Position numbers and translations under genes: made by a program. Below the pieces are notes generated by a model. The model had not been told where the DNA came from, ran no database searches, and saw nothing but the letters and a program-made list of their open reading frames with translations. From Bugula neritina (Eukaryota > Animalia > Bryozoa), in assembly GCA_964035545.1 (NCBI GenBank), contig OZ037765.1, forward strand, positions 20,770,995-20,834,994: a DNA stretch of 64,000 nucleotides, written 5' to 3'. Positions 46,101-61,100 of this stretch are shown in pieces (position 1 is the stretch's first letter; every line of letters begins with the position of its first letter).

Positions 46101-49100
46101 CTTGTTGGCACAGAAGTTGTACTGTATGTTGAACTTCCTGTTGTTGTTCCGTCACTTGTTGAACTTGTTGGTACAGAAGTTGTACTGTATGTTGAACTTC
46201 CTGTTGTTGTTCCATCACTTGTTGGTACAGAAGTTGTACTGTATGTTGAACTTCCTGTTGTTGTTCCATCACTTGTTGAATTTGTTGGCACAGAAGTTGT
46301 ACTGTATGTTGAACTTCCTGTTGTTGTTCCATCACTTGTTGAATTTGTTGGCACAGAAGTTGTACTGTATGTTGAAATTCCTGTTGTTGTGCCATCACTT
46401 GTTGAATTTGTTGGCACAGAAGTTGTACTGTATGTTGAACTTCCTGTTGTTGTTCCGTCACTTGTTGAATTTGTTGGCACAGAAGTTGTACTGTATGTTG
46501 AACTTCCTGTTGTTGTTCCGTCACTTGTTGAATTTGTTGGCACAGAAGTTGTACTGTATGTTGAACTTCCTGTTGTTGTTCCATCACTTGTTGAACTTGT
46601 TGGCACAGAAGTTGTACTGTATGTTGAACTTCCTGTTGTTGTTCCGTCACTTGTTGAACTTGTTGGTACAGAAGTTGTACTGTATGTTGAACTTCCTGTT
46701 GTTGTTCCATCACTTGTTGGTACAGAAGTTGTACTGTATGTTGAACTTCCTGTTGTTGTTCCATCACTTGTTGAACCTGCAATAAGAGATGAGGTTTTTG
46801 TAGAAATTGTCAAGCAACAAAGAAAACCGCTTCAGTATTTTAAAAAGTTGTCGAATCATAGAAATAATCCTAATCTTAAAGTTTCTTATCATTAAACTCA
46901 ATATTCTCCAACATTCACCAATTGTTTAATAAAAATTAAAGTCTCAATTTTTAAATACCTACAAGTTATTTTTGGTACTTATGCATTACTCAGCAGAGTT
47001 ATTTGTTATTGCAGTTTACTAAGTATATAAATTAAAATAGATAAATTGAATACTGCTTTTTCAGACCAACTTAATGAAACAGCTGCTTACGGTTGCATTC
47101 AGGAAAACTTTCATCGCTGCCATCTATACAATCATTGATGTCGTCACATATCCAAATATCAGGTATACACCGGTATAAGCCATATGCAAAGCACCTATGA
47201 TAAAAACACAAATAATTATTGGCTTCTTTCCCAGAATCCATCACTGTTTATGTTTAAATAGCCAAAAAAACTTTTTAACGAAACAATGATCTAATTACAT
47301 TTTAACAATGTGACACCTTGGTTTAAGGAGTAAATTACTGAAACAAGTAACAATTTTCAGTTGTGTTTTTCAAAGTCACCATTTTTTGTAAAATGCCTGA
47401 AACTCTGTGGTATAGATTGGAAAAGTTAAAACTATTGAAACAGCCCTATTGGCCAACCTAATCAATGAAGGTTTTATAAACAAACATAATTTTATAAATT
47501 TATGCAAAATAAATTACTTTTTTCTGTCACCTACTTTCTTAAATGATTAGTAGTTCAGCATAATTCTAGCATGGAACAGTGATCAAAATATTTTTTAAAA
47601 CAATTGTCAAACCTCAAACATTTTTATTCATATACTGTAACGATTGCCTTTGAGACATGCTTGGTGACTAAGAAGCTTTTTTTTCCATCACAGAAATTAT
47701 TTTGTGCAGATAACTTTGGTTTGATCCATTGTTTTGCACCTTTTTATGTAGTGCTTAGGAAATAAACATGACAGGATGCATAAAAAACAAATTTTGTCTG
47801 ATAATGTGGCTGCATGTATTAAAAAATGAAGTGCCGTAAATATTCGGTTACAGAAAATCGAGGGTAAAAATAAAAACATATGCTAAATAGACAGAAATAT
47901 TTAAATCTCTATGATTAATAAACATATTCTTACGCATGTATAGTATCATTGCAGTGACAGTTCATTTCATCACTCCCATCTAAGCAGTCAGTCTGGTTGT
48001 TGCAGATGTCCCATCCAGTTAGACATGTCGATCCACCATCACATGACTGCCCAGATGTACAGTTACTGGAACAATCAGCTTCATCCTCTCCACCTGGACA
48101 GTCGACTATTATATCACACACATACGAACCAGGAATGCATGTTCCATCCGAAGGACATTGGTATTGGTTACTACAAACATAGTTAATTTACTTGATGGAA
48201 ATATTATGTTTAAAAGTTGCAAGAATGAGTTAACTTTTATGTAATTCATAATAGTGAAACCAACACAATTTTGAGGAGTTTGCAACTTGATAAATTTGTT
48301 TGTTTTTGTCTATAACGAAGGATCATGATATTACTGAAAGTGAGATGAGTATCTGTAAACATCTCAAAATTTTTATATATCTGTTTGTGCTTATATTATA
48401 ATTAAAATTTATGTTAAAGATAATTTAGAGTTATTTGCACCTTTTAAGTGATGCGTGTTAAGTAATTCTATTACTTTAAAAAGGCTAACTTTGTTAGAAG
48501 ATAGAAATATACCCAATGTTAATAGATACATAGCACTAAAAAACTGCAATTTTAGACAAAACTATTAATACTAAAAAAAACAGAGCTAGAACTTGTAGTA
48601 AAATAACTGCATCTTAAACTGTTTATATTAAAACATAAGTAGCAGATAATCGATATTTTGAACAAAAATACTTAGTAACTTTCTTATTAATACCAAAACC
48701 TATGTTTGAAGAAGAACAGCTTTATTTAGAGTAAAAAATAATAAGAAGGTTGCAACATATCTTATAAACTCATTTCCTCAAAATAATACAGAGTGGGTAA
48801 CATATAGGTCATAGTCATTAGGAAAGATACCTTTCGCAGGTACAGTTAAGTTGATCTTCAGCATTTTCACAATCAGGATATCCATTGCATACAAAGCTAT
48901 CAGGTATACAAACATTTTCTGTTTTGTTTGTATAAAACAAAGACACAGAACAGGTTATTGCTGAGCAAACATCTGCAAAATAATAAAATGGAAATAAAAT
49001 ACAAAATCAGAGAATTATAAATAATTGAGGAATTTTCTTTAAGAGTGGAATAATTTATTTTATTTAAATCATTGGCGTAATTAGTAGCATAATTATTACG

Positions 49101-52100
49101 CCTCGCAGCTTTTTTATTCGAAGAAATTTTAATTAAACCACTAAGTTATAATATATTCTCATTGTTATTTATGATTTTATTCACGACTAATACTATAATT
49201 TTTAAAACAATCTATTGGAGTGCGGAAAAGAAGAGTGATGGTTTAAATTCAATTTTTCTGTTTTTAAAAATACAACATACATAAACAAAATACAGAGTAT
49301 AAAATGAATATAAATATAATATAACAAAATGTTAAAAATTATAGAATAGAATATTCTATAGACATAATAAATGAGTTAGATGTAACTAACACCTTAAGCT
49401 TGCTCATGTATAATATTATAAACTATATCTGTGTCACTCAATGTTTAGCCTTACACATTAGGGATATAGCCATGGAGTTGATTAAATATATTTGTTAAAT
49501 TATTTAATTTTGTCTTAAATATTTAGAAACAATATAACTTTAACTTAATTTATGAGATTTCTATTTTATCAATTTTACATTATTCATCATATTTAAATTT
49601 CAAATGCTTAGATTTAATTCTATTTTTATTCAATTGTTTGATGTGGTAATACTTTGTATGGTTATATGAATTCTTAGAAACACAGTACATAAAGCATGAA
49701 ATACAGATGCAACTTCAACTTACTGAAGGCTTTACAGTTTAACAGAATAGGTCAAAATGATTGTTGCATTATTCAAGTGTTGCAGCTAGTGTTTCAATTT
49801 CTATATTATATTGTTAAATATATAATACGCATCATCGATAACTCATAAGGCATGGAGCATGCTTGTACAGTGTGTACACACAAATATTAAGGAAATAAAA
49901 TGGCAACTGGAATCTCCTCTGGCATTTAAATAGTTCTAATGATAAATGGTAAGCTTTCCTGGCAAAAGTTGTGATTTCATAAACAGCTAAATTTTTCAAA
50001 TAATTTTAAATATAACTTATAAAAAGGTGCAATAAAATTTACCGCAATCAGCCTCATCGCTATAGTCAAAACAATCGAAGATTCCATCACATCTTGTCAG
50101 ATTGCTGTAGCAATTCATCGGTTCAGAGGTGCTGTTGCTTATTAATTTGCCAACAGCTGGTCCAATTTCACACCTAAATTTAGTAGAAATCATGGAAGTT
50201 TAGCTTATAGAAAAGAAAGCTTGTAAAGTTTTCATAATACTATTGACCAATCTCGATCTATAATATACAATTATCATCGAGTCATTTTCACTAAAACTAG
50301 TTCTATTACTATATAATTATGTCACTATGACTTTTCGTCCTCACATAAAAGAGAATAAACACAGTTAAGTATTAGCTTAATTGGTGAGTACTAAGTCATA
50401 GGCTGTGCTATATGCAGAAGCCTTCAAATCAACGTTCTTAAAAAGATAGAAACTCTAAACAAATGTAGATTCAAGTCATTTTACCTCACATGCAAACTAT
50501 TGGTTTGCGCATCTAAATTCATAAAGCTAAATAAAATTGTAGAAGACAAAATTTACATATTTCAAACACTTTCTGCATTTAGCTGAAAGAGATGCCAAAA
50601 TTACTATCAGCTATAACGCAAACAGAGAGTATAAACTAGAATTCCATTGGTTTCATTGGTCATCACACTCTATAGTGGGGTGAAAGAGCTCTTGATTCAA
50701 CATTTACTTTAGTGTTTCATTAGCAATGTAGTAGATAAGAGCTCACCTATGCTGCTAGACATAACATTTCAGATTTTCAAGTTACTTCTAAAGGTCTCGT
50801 GTAAACAAGAACGAATATATTATAGCAAATAAGTGTTTCTATAGAAAGACAAGGAATAATTAACGAATGAGGGGGTTTCATTCCTACGTTAAACAGGCTT
50901 AAAATAAAACAAAATATCCAAATTCAAAATAAAAGTTTAAAACTGCTACAAAACTTACTTAATTTCACCAGAAGGACAAGTTTCTTCGCAATTTGCTTCA
51001 TCTGCCTTATTAGGGCAATCATCATAACCATCGCATACTTTTACTCCAATAATGCAATTTGCAGAATTGTCTTTTTCTGTCACATTGACACAAGAAAACT
51101 CAAAATCGGGGCATTCACAGTAGAATTCATCTGAACCATCTTCACAGTCGAATTCTGAATCACAGCGCCAACTTTGAGGATAGCAATCAGAATCCCAGTG
51201 TCTGCCAAGCAAATTGTAACAACTCAACTGTCACCGCTTTTTTAGACACTTTAACATGATCAATTAATATTTATAATAATAGGATTTATAATGAAAGTCA
51301 GAAACACATGTTACGAAATTAAACTTTTGGTTCAAATGCTAAAAATCGTTAAAAACAATTTCTACTATGCAAAATAAAACAATTAAGTTTAGAATAATAT
51401 GGCAATATTTTTATGGCTACAAGTATGGGTGTGAACTTATTACTTAGATAAATATAATTCATAGTGTAATTTCTAAAAGTTCAAATTTTTTTTTATAAAT
51501 AATTTTTCTTACATTTGGCTGCCGTTGTCGCATTTAAAATTGTTAAATCCACACTCTCTCTCCTCAAAAGAGCAACTAGTTGGTCCATTATGAACATCCG
51601 TTTGGTTAGCATAAAGACATTTCTGTTCAAAGCATTGCTGGCCTTCTCCACAAACAGTGCCTAAAAATACAATAAAACATTTAGTTCTCTTTAAGACCCA
51701 TAAGTTATATAGTATACACAGTTTATTAAATATATTTTTGTAGTGTTGAGATTACTCAGGAGGTTTCGAGTTTCAGGGGAGGGGGCAAAGTTTTATAAGC
51801 TGTTTCGGCCTTCAGTGAAGTGTAGCAGTACTCTGAAGTTGAGATGCCAGGAAAGCCTGAAAACTAAGAGTGGTAGAAAGGCCAGTGGAGTTTTAAAATA
51901 CTGGGTGAGATGCAGTGTTGAGTTTACCCAGTAGCCTATGTAGCGTAATGGTTTGCGCACCTGCTTCCAAGCCAAAGGTCTTGGGTTTGAATCCCAGTGG
52001 AGACAAAAGTTTCACAATTTGTTTCAACCTACCATGAGGTGGAATAATGTTCGTAGTAAAACATGAACCATTTGTGTCAAGACATAGTAGGTGTTCACAG

Positions 52101-55100
52101 ATATCTAGACCCATGTTGGCATAAGTGGATAGTGGACATGCTTCACCGTCATATTCAACTCGACACAGATACTCTGGGTCATACACCTCCCCAGCAGACT
52201 CATCTATGTAGTCATCTGTTATATCTGCATACAGAGTCATGTTGGTGCACTCTCTGCCGTCCCTGTAAAAAGTCTTGGCTCAAACAGTATATTGAAACTT
52301 ACAGCTCTGAGTTACAAGGTCAATGGACTTAGGACACAATAAACTTATTATACCCTTTCAAAGGGCTAGCATCAAATAACATTTATTTGTTCGAAAACTT
52401 AGTAAGGCTTTATGTATTGATAAACTAATGCAATTTACGATTTTTATTGTGAACTGCTTAGTTTAGTACTGATTGTGAATATAATAAACTGTGTATAAAA
52501 TATGCAGTGGCATTTTTATAGACCTAGAAGTCCTATCCTATTACAAAACTTAAGTTATTTTTAAATGACATGCCAACATATGAGAATTTTTTATTTAAGG
52601 TAAGCCAAGTCTATTATTCCATATGCACTGACTGAGTAACTATTCTAGTGACTCTATATGGAAAAGCTAAAAGTAAAATGCACTGTGAAAGCATTTTTAT
52701 TAGATACATGTAGGGTAGCTATTCAACCACATTTCAACATATCATCTTTTGTATGTAATGTGTATGCTATGTATATGTTTTGTATCTAATGTATATGATT
52801 TGATTTTATGTCTAGCGTAAGGTAAAAGCTTTACATAAATTTCACTACAGTGACTGTATATACTTACATGAGTGTGTAATAGAAATAGTTTTGGCTGCAG
52901 CATGAAAAATAGAAGTATGTCTCAGTTGGGAAGTCAACAAAAGGAACCATGATCCACCCGGCATCGGCAGAACACTCCTCATTCTCATCATGCTCAGCTC
53001 CCAGACTACAATGAGAACACACGTCAGAGCTGACTAATTATATCAATCGTGTGACCAGACAAAAGCTGTCATATCAGTATAGCAGCTTACATAAATAACT
53101 AAGACTAAATTACTACATTACATACAGAAATCAACAAACAAAACAGTTTTGTACATTATTTCTAAGTACTTAACAACCAAAAACTAATTAAACTATAGAA
53201 TCCAATTAATTCATTAATAAATATATTGACTAAGTGCATTTTATTCTGAAGTAAATTATAAAAATTAGTTGAAAAACATGTATGAGCTAATTGCAGATCG
53301 GTGATTGTATAAGAACAGTGACACATTTAATCTGGACCTACTTGTGGCCAAGTTCATGGGCTGCAACATTAATAGTCTCCTCAATGTTAAATGGGCTGGC
53401 ATGAACCAGAGATGACGCTGTTCCCTCCTCTCTCTCACATATTCGACCTAAATAGGCAACACCTAGCAAGCCCAAGAATCCTCCATCTCGCAACTCATCA
53501 CTGAAAATCATAATTTGTAAATATTAGGATATTTTTAAGTCTACAAATGCTCTACAAAGTAATTTGCAAACAAAGTGACTCACAGATTTTAGTTATCATT
53601 ACATGAAATTGCAGCATAAATTAATATATCATTCCAGAAATTTTAATTAAACATATTACCTACTAAAACAGATGCTTACATAACTCAAGTTGGACTGATT
53701 TTGATTAAAAGACTTAGAAGTGATTATAATTAGGAAGTAGTTTTATATACTGAAACAAAATAAGCAGACACAAATTTTAACTATTAGAAATATAGTAGTA
53801 ATCTTGTGGGTTCTTATGAAATAGACTAAGCAGTCTGCATGCCTTATACTATGTTGACCAATAAAAGTCGTCCTAAATTCAAACAATATGTGCCTTTATT
53901 CTTCTATAGATGCCTCTTGGTTGAGCTCCAGTGTTAGACTGACTTAGCACTGGCAACTCTCCCACTTATATACCAACAAAATTTCCCGACACTCAGGCCG
54001 TCTGAAATTCGGAGTTTCGGTTGCCGAAATCGGAAGGATTTGTCCAAAATCGGACAGGCCCTTTTGAAGTCGCGCTTCCGGGTTCCGAAATTTGGCCAAA
54101 CTTTGGCGGGGGGGGGGGACATAACTCCAAAAAATATAACAATGAAGTGAAAACGTAGTTCGCAATTCTACTACAATATTTATAATGATGAAAAATTCAT
54201 AGAAACTCATACTTAATTCTGAAATTTAGCAGTCTTTTCTTCATTCATTCATTCAGTGATAGTAACAATAAGTATAAAACATAAGTGTAACGTCTACCCC
54301 AGTTTATTGATAACAGGTTACACTGCTGGAGTTTTGTTGATATTTATTTAACTAACTGGTAACCAACGTGAAACTCTATTACCCTTCCTTGGGAGAGTTA
54401 GAATTAAGTATATAAAATTGTGATGGTGAAAGTTTAATCAAATAAAGAATGACTAGTTAGAACTGCAACAGTCAGTAGAGAAATGAAGACATAAAAAACC
54501 TTGGCTATTATAACTTCTGGCTACAAGCTATAAAAGCTGACAGCTATTCTGTTAGCAAAATCATTGCATTGCAATAATGAAAACAAAGCTATTTGTGGTT
54601 TAAGAAAAAGCTGTGGCTATGTGAGTAGCTAAGTGAGTAGCTAAGTGAGTAGCTATGTGAATATATGGGTGAATGGTATGCAGTAGTGAGTAATATAATA
54701 AAGAAAATGATCAAAACGCTACACTCCCACCTAAAATTTAGGATGAAATTTTACTTGGTGCTTTTACTAAAACTACTAATTTACTCAATGGCCTGACGAG
54801 CCTTCACTTTGGGGTATCTATGTACTGTTAGTAGCAGCCTCATGGATTTCACTCCTCATTTCAAAACGTTAGACTTGGCATTGACTAGTCAGAAACCATG
54901 AGATCAATTGTGATCTAGTGTAAGTCCTAGACATTGGTGAGCAGGTAGTGAGTGATGATGGCTAATTAGTAGCGCGGTCATATGTGCAGATTAGGGTAAG
55001 ATGATAGGGTGCTTCTTATCATGTGACAGGGTGATACATTCTTGAAGTCTCCCACCAATACGAAGTAGAGCTTTTGAGTCTAGTAATAGATTTAGCGTTG

Positions 55101-58100
55101 TCAGACAACCAGATTTTTTTTTTCGGAGTCTGAGATGCCTTGAGCATGGCGATCTTATTTAAAAAATACGCTGCATGTATGAGTTAAAGGATAGTTTGTT
55201 TGGCATTTTGAAAATTGAACGGGGCATTTTTGCTTAAGTGCTTTTGAATTGTGGCAGTTGCCCTGACTGCTCTGTTTTAGTCAGAGAACTTTTCCAAGCA
55301 TCCATCGAGTGAAAAGTGAACTGTTTGTGAGATGAATGACAATGATGACTGTTTTACCTCCACATCTTTAGGGTTTACGTACACCAATGGCTGTGTGGGT
55401 AAGATATTAGGTTCGGTCCTGGGAAATTGTTTCTACTCTCTTTGCAACACATGTGTGAAAACGATCAGCAGGATTACTTATATGGTCAAGAACAACAGTG
55501 GAGTCAGAATAGAAGTGTGTGCTGATGGTTGAAATGTCAAGTTCTTTGATATATTTTGTGACCGATCTGACAGCACTTGCTGCTGCCTGAAGTTTGAGTC
55601 ATGAAACTTGTCTCATTGGTGCGACTTGGGCTTTACCTGAAAGCAGTGCGACATGCACTCGCCTTGCCGAGTTAACTAGTCGAAGGTATGTGCAGTGATC
55701 ATAGCCCACTGTACTGGCGTCAGCAAAAGTGTGGTTAAGCAGTTTCCTATGAATCAAAGTCATGAGGAGTGAGACATCGAGGTATGGTGATATGATTGAC
55801 AGGCGTCAAGTCTGATTTCCAAGCAGACCATCTGAGTCTGTGAGTGATGCATTCTAATCAAGGTTATTAGAACACGTCTCTTGTAAAATAGTTTTGCCCT
55901 AGAGAACAAAGGGAGCTATCAGATATCGGGGTTTAAAAACTAAGGCTACTGTGGATAGGACACCTTTCCTAGTGTCTGGTTTGATAATGGGCGATGCTGG
56001 AATGTGAATTGATCTTGCGCAGTATCCCATAGGGCACGAAGTGAAAGTTCTTGAAGTAATGAATCAAAGGTGAGATCTAGGGTGTCAAGTGTGTTTGCAC
56101 ACTCACTCCTAGGTAACTGTGATATGACAGACTTACTGTTAGAGGCTATTTTGTGGAGCCACAATTGACTGGTTTGACAAATGGACTAAGTTTGTTTGGT
56201 GAGGGTGATTTGTGTTGTTTATCTGATGCATTTTGTTGAGAGCTTTGTCTTTCTGGGTTTTATCGTTAATCTGGTTTTATGGTGGGTTGCTTGTTTGAAT
56301 CATTAAATGTCGTTAGGTTTCTGGGGTATTTATGCATTTTGTGAAGAGAAGTTGGGTGCCTTTCTTTGCAGATATTGCAAACAGCAGGAGATCCACATTC
56401 CTTGGCAATGTGGTTACCATCTAAACAGGCATAGCAAAGGCGTTTGTCTCTTATGAACTCATGAACTTCTGAAAATGGCAGAAGGTTTAGCTTGCCGCAA
56501 ACAGCAGTTTTGTGATTGTCCATTTTGTAGAATATACATGCATGAATGTGTGTTTCAGATTGCTGTGGAGCGACTTCAGTTTTCTGTGTAGCAAATGTCC
56601 TTTTTGGTATTATAGGTTTTTCTATGATGATGTCTTGGGTTTTTTTCTTTGCTTGTGTGTTTGATTCATGGAGAACTTTTGACATGTTGAAAGCCTCATT
56701 GAAAGCCATCTTCAACTTCTGGTATTTCTGTGTATTGCTCAAAAACATGGGCGGTTCTAATGGACGTTGCCTAACTAGGTTGATACTTTCAGCGTAATCA
56801 TCAGGTGTGAAGGCAGGTTGCCGTTGGTGACTGGAGGTAGTAATGGGGCTTTGATAAGCAGGCTGGAGAACATTCCTTGAAATTTTGGTAGACTGTACAA
56901 AAGGATTTGTGGATGGTGGAGGTGTCATGAACTGTAAGAAAGGGTTTGTAGATGCTACAGGTGCCGATGGAATAATGTGAGGTTGTATTATGTTTTGTTC
57001 TGGAGGCTGAGGTTTGTAAACTATTGGTTGAGGTGGAGCAGCTGGTATAATAGACGGTGATTGGTTTAGAAGAGGACAGGAGCTATCTTTCTCTTCCTCT
57101 TCTTCAATGGCTTGGGCTATGACTTGCTCTTCAGCCTGCGCTGCGTCTATTTCAGCCTGGAGCTGTTGCTGTTTGATAGCGTTTGCAAGTTGACTTGCTT
57201 GCTGTTGTAACTCATAAATAAATTGTGCAGATTCTAATTTCTTTCTTAGTGCGGCTGCTTTAGCTTTAGATTTTACCTGCAATAATCTTAGCTGTGAGTG
57301 TGAGCTAGCACGAGATGAGTGACTGGATGAAGCCGATTTTGAACTAACAAAGTGACTAGCAGATCCTAAGATCTCGAAGCGCTGATTTTCTTGTGCTGGC
57401 TCGAAGCCAGCAGCTTTTGTTTTAGTTGAAAGTTTACTCATTCGATCTATGGCATCACCAATCAATGTTTCACAATCGGAATGCAATCTATCCATATGAT
57501 TTCGGACCCGAAGGTCTGGCTCATGGTCTCCTAGCATCTGGCGCCACTCATCATAGGTTCTCTCTAAGTTGTGTTTAATTTGAGATAGTTGGTTTTTATA
57601 ACTTTCCAATGAGTCATACGAAATATCCTGTTTTGATGCAAAGTGTGAAAATATAGATTTGTGTAACTCGGCACAGTTTTTGATTTCATTGTCTAGTTGT
57701 GCAGCTTTCTGATTAATTTTTGTTCTTGAAAATATATGGGGTTTTGAGGTGTTTGATTTAGACATCACTTATTTAGGTATGAGAGCGTTATTTATTATTT
57801 ACAAAGAAATTTTGTGAAATATTTGCTCACTAATTTGCTACAGGGACGGACAAAAGTGACAGGTGATGAGGGATGATTGAAGAAACCTATTATTTGATGA
57901 GCAGATTATGATGAATAATGTCAGCCAATATCAAAATATTTGATAATGTTCCAAATTATTCCACTAGCTTTGTGATTTCACTACTACAAGTACTAATGTT
58001 ACAGTATTCCAAAAAAATTAAAACTAATTCAGCTTAGTTATATTAAGTTTAACAAAATCAAGATTATAAAAGAAATGTTGATGTGATATTACTTAGTTTA

Positions 58101-61100
58101 AGTGATTATAGTAGGTAAGAAACTCAAGTGTTGTAGATTTAAACCACAATGATACATTAGAACAACTTATCGGTTGAGTTAGTTGTCTGTTGACCTCTGG
58201 CTCCGTCTGTGTAGTTCTGATGCGTGATGTTGGCTAGCTGTTAAAATGACGTACTAGTGATGATAGTTGAAACTGAGTGGGTTTGGGTTAGTTGTCTGTT
58301 AACGGCTGGCTCCGTCTGTGTAGTTCTAATGCCTGATGTTGTGTTAGCTGCCGAAATGACGTACTGGTAATTTTAGTTGAAACTGAGTGCAGACAGGAAC
58401 TGAATGTTGAACTTTACTGGCTTTATGGTTTGTTTTCTGGGTTGATTCTTTGAGTACTCCACTTCAAGGCAATGAGTTGCAGCAGGGTTTGTGTCTTCTT
58501 GGTTTTGGCAGCAACTGCACAGAACTGGTCTTTTCGGAAGTAGGAAGAGTTTCACTGTAACGTCTACCCCAGTTTATTGATTAATGGTTACACTGCTGGT
58601 GTTTTGATAATATTTATTTAACTAACTGGTAACCAACGTGAAACTCTATTACCCTTCTTGGGGAGAGTTAGAATTAAGTATATAAAATTGTGATGGTGAA
58701 AGTTTAATCAAATAAAGAATGACTAGTTAGAACTGCAACAGTCAGTAGAGAAATGAAGACATAAAAAACCTTGGCTATTATAACTTCTGGCTACAAGCTA
58801 TAAAAGCTGACAGCTATTCTGTTAGCAAAATCATTGCATTGCAATAATGAAAACAAAGCTATTTGTGGTTTAAGAAAAAGCTGTGGCTATGTGAGTAGCT
58901 AAGTGAGTAGCTAAGTGAGTAGCTATGTGAATATATGGGTGAATGGTATGCAGTAGTGAGTAATATAATAAAAAAGATGATCAAAACGCTACAAAAAAAA
59001 AAAAAGCTGTGGCTATGTGAGTAGCTAAGTGAGTAGCTATGTGAATATATGGGTGAATGGTATGCAGTAGTGAGTAATATAATAAAGAAAATGATCAAAA
59101 CGCTACACTCCCACCTAAAATTTAAGATGAAATTTTACTTGGTGCTTTTATTAAAACTACTAATTTACTCAATGGCCTGACGAGCCTTCACTTTGGGGTA
59201 TCTATGTACTGTTAGTAGCAGCCTCATGAATTTCACTCCTCATTTCAAAACGTTAGACCTGAGTTTAGTTACAAATCAAAGAGTTAGACTGCAACGCCAA
59301 CAGTGTAAGTGTAACAACAGTGACAGTCATACTCATTGTGATTGTCAATAATCAAAATGAATACTTTTGAGCAAATTAATTATTACTATTAGTATTACTA
59401 TTAGTAATAATACTTAGGTAAGTAGAGCTTTACTTTTATTTTTTTAATACTAATGCTGATATAGTTATACTTAGTAAAAACTTTATTAAAGTATAAAGAT
59501 TAAAAGTAAAACTAAAAACTAAAATAAAAAAAGGAAACTCAAACTGAAACTCAGAGTCACTAGTCGCTAATTGAGCAATTCTAATCATTATGACTAATGA
59601 CAAAAGCATAAGATTAGGTGACAGGTGGGTGACTGTGATTGTGACTCAGACAATAAAGAAGTAAATCTTACATTTTACTATCAAAATTGTCAACAAAATC
59701 TTTAGATAATTTTGAAAACAAGTTTGAATATACATCTTGATCTTGCGCGAAGCAGCAAGTAGCAAATGGGAAAAATTGAAGTCATTATGATGGCTGTGGG
59801 TTAGGAAAATAAATTAGTAACTCAGATGCGAAGGCTAAATATTGTGTCTTTGCTAAACAATTTATGCTGAATCTCATGCTACATTGGAAAATCCCACCAA
59901 GCGAATGAGAATTCCACTTTTCTATTCATAGCCTTTCAACTTGTCAACCGGTACGCGAGTGCCGTATCGCACCGGTACAGGAACTTGGTGAAATATTAAT
60001 TTACGTGGTTTGACGTATTTAAATACAACATTTTGTATAAAGTTTCATATGCAGATCATTTTAGTTGTGAAGCTGTGAATAAATAAGCTTGAATAACCCT
60101 AAGCTAATAACCTTTGGCGCTTGTTGAGTTGGTAAAATTTCCCTTGCTGCCGCAGAGCTACATAGGCCTATGCATCTCAAATTATTACAAAAATTCATTT
60201 GCTCAAAGGCACAGTATTTTCAAATAATATACTATTCATAAAAAGTCGATGCTCAAGCTATAAAAAATATTAATATAATATTTTTATTCCAGTCGATATT
60301 AATGTTGTCCGTGTGCATTTCTTTATGGTGTGTTGTGTGTGGTTTGGACCATTAGAGCTGCATATACTCACTATGTAAATGCCATCAGGTGATCAAAATG
60401 GTCTTCACTGGACTTGACAAGTTCAGGCAGTTCCTCAATCACATTGATTCCTTCGACTGTGCCATCAGTATATTGATTTCTTGTAAATATATCAATAGCT
60501 GTCTCATTCTGCAAAAGTATGTGCATCACTTTGCATTAGGCATAAAAGCTTATTGTCTCCTAAATATTTTGTTCAAGTTTAATATTAGCAGCTTTGATGA
60601 AAGAAGTTACTGAAATTACTATGTAGGCCTACTAGCAATGTGATAAGATCTGCAACACAAAGGTTTATCAAAAGAAAAATTTTGATGATGAATTTCTCTC
60701 TTTCTAGTATTGTAATGCATTATCGGAAAGCAGGTCTTATTACTTTACATGCAAAACCAAACCATTGTGTGAGCCCAAGCAAGCAAAAAGCACTATTCAA
60801 TACAACTACACAGTGAGATATCTACTTGCTTATATAGCTTTCAATCAATGAATTACGTATTAATTGTATATATACTCATAGCATTAAACAGTCCATAATT
60901 GAAAAAGAATGGAACGTAATATTTATGAGTATAGAATTTCAAAATGGCAAAACAAACACTAACCAATAGCTAGTATATAACCTCAATCATTTGTGGTTGT
61001 TGATTTGCTTGAAACTATAAAAGTTGAAGCGTTAAAAATATTCAGTGTTAATTTTCTTTACCAGTTATAAAAGTCTTTCCTTACCATTTGCTGTTCAATA

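Larger units (their letters stand above)
54286..59257 (-). mobile_element. Internally deleted BEL/Pao LTR retrotransposon in a protease-domain intron
   Basis: Near-identical LTRs at 54286-54873 and 58556-59257; gag with triple Cys/His knuckles; decayed pol fragments. Confidence 0.92.

Noticed and set aside
45649-46895. Gln-rich, Leu-rich and Val-rich ORFs (also 38913-39299)
   Set aside because: Shadow frames of the Ser/Thr mucin exons.
51765-51830. Minus-strand CTGAAGGCCGAAACAGC resembling a second hammerhead
   Set aside because: Core incomplete, with no CUGANGA plus stem II; at most a decayed relic.
51934-52004. Functional tRNA-Gly gene
   Set aside because: Acceptor and anticodon stems pair poorly; kept only as a pseudogene or SINE head.
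53930-54125. GC-rich patch that could be the end of a DNA transposon hosting the LTR element
   Set aside because: No matching opposite terminus or TSD found near 59300-60000.
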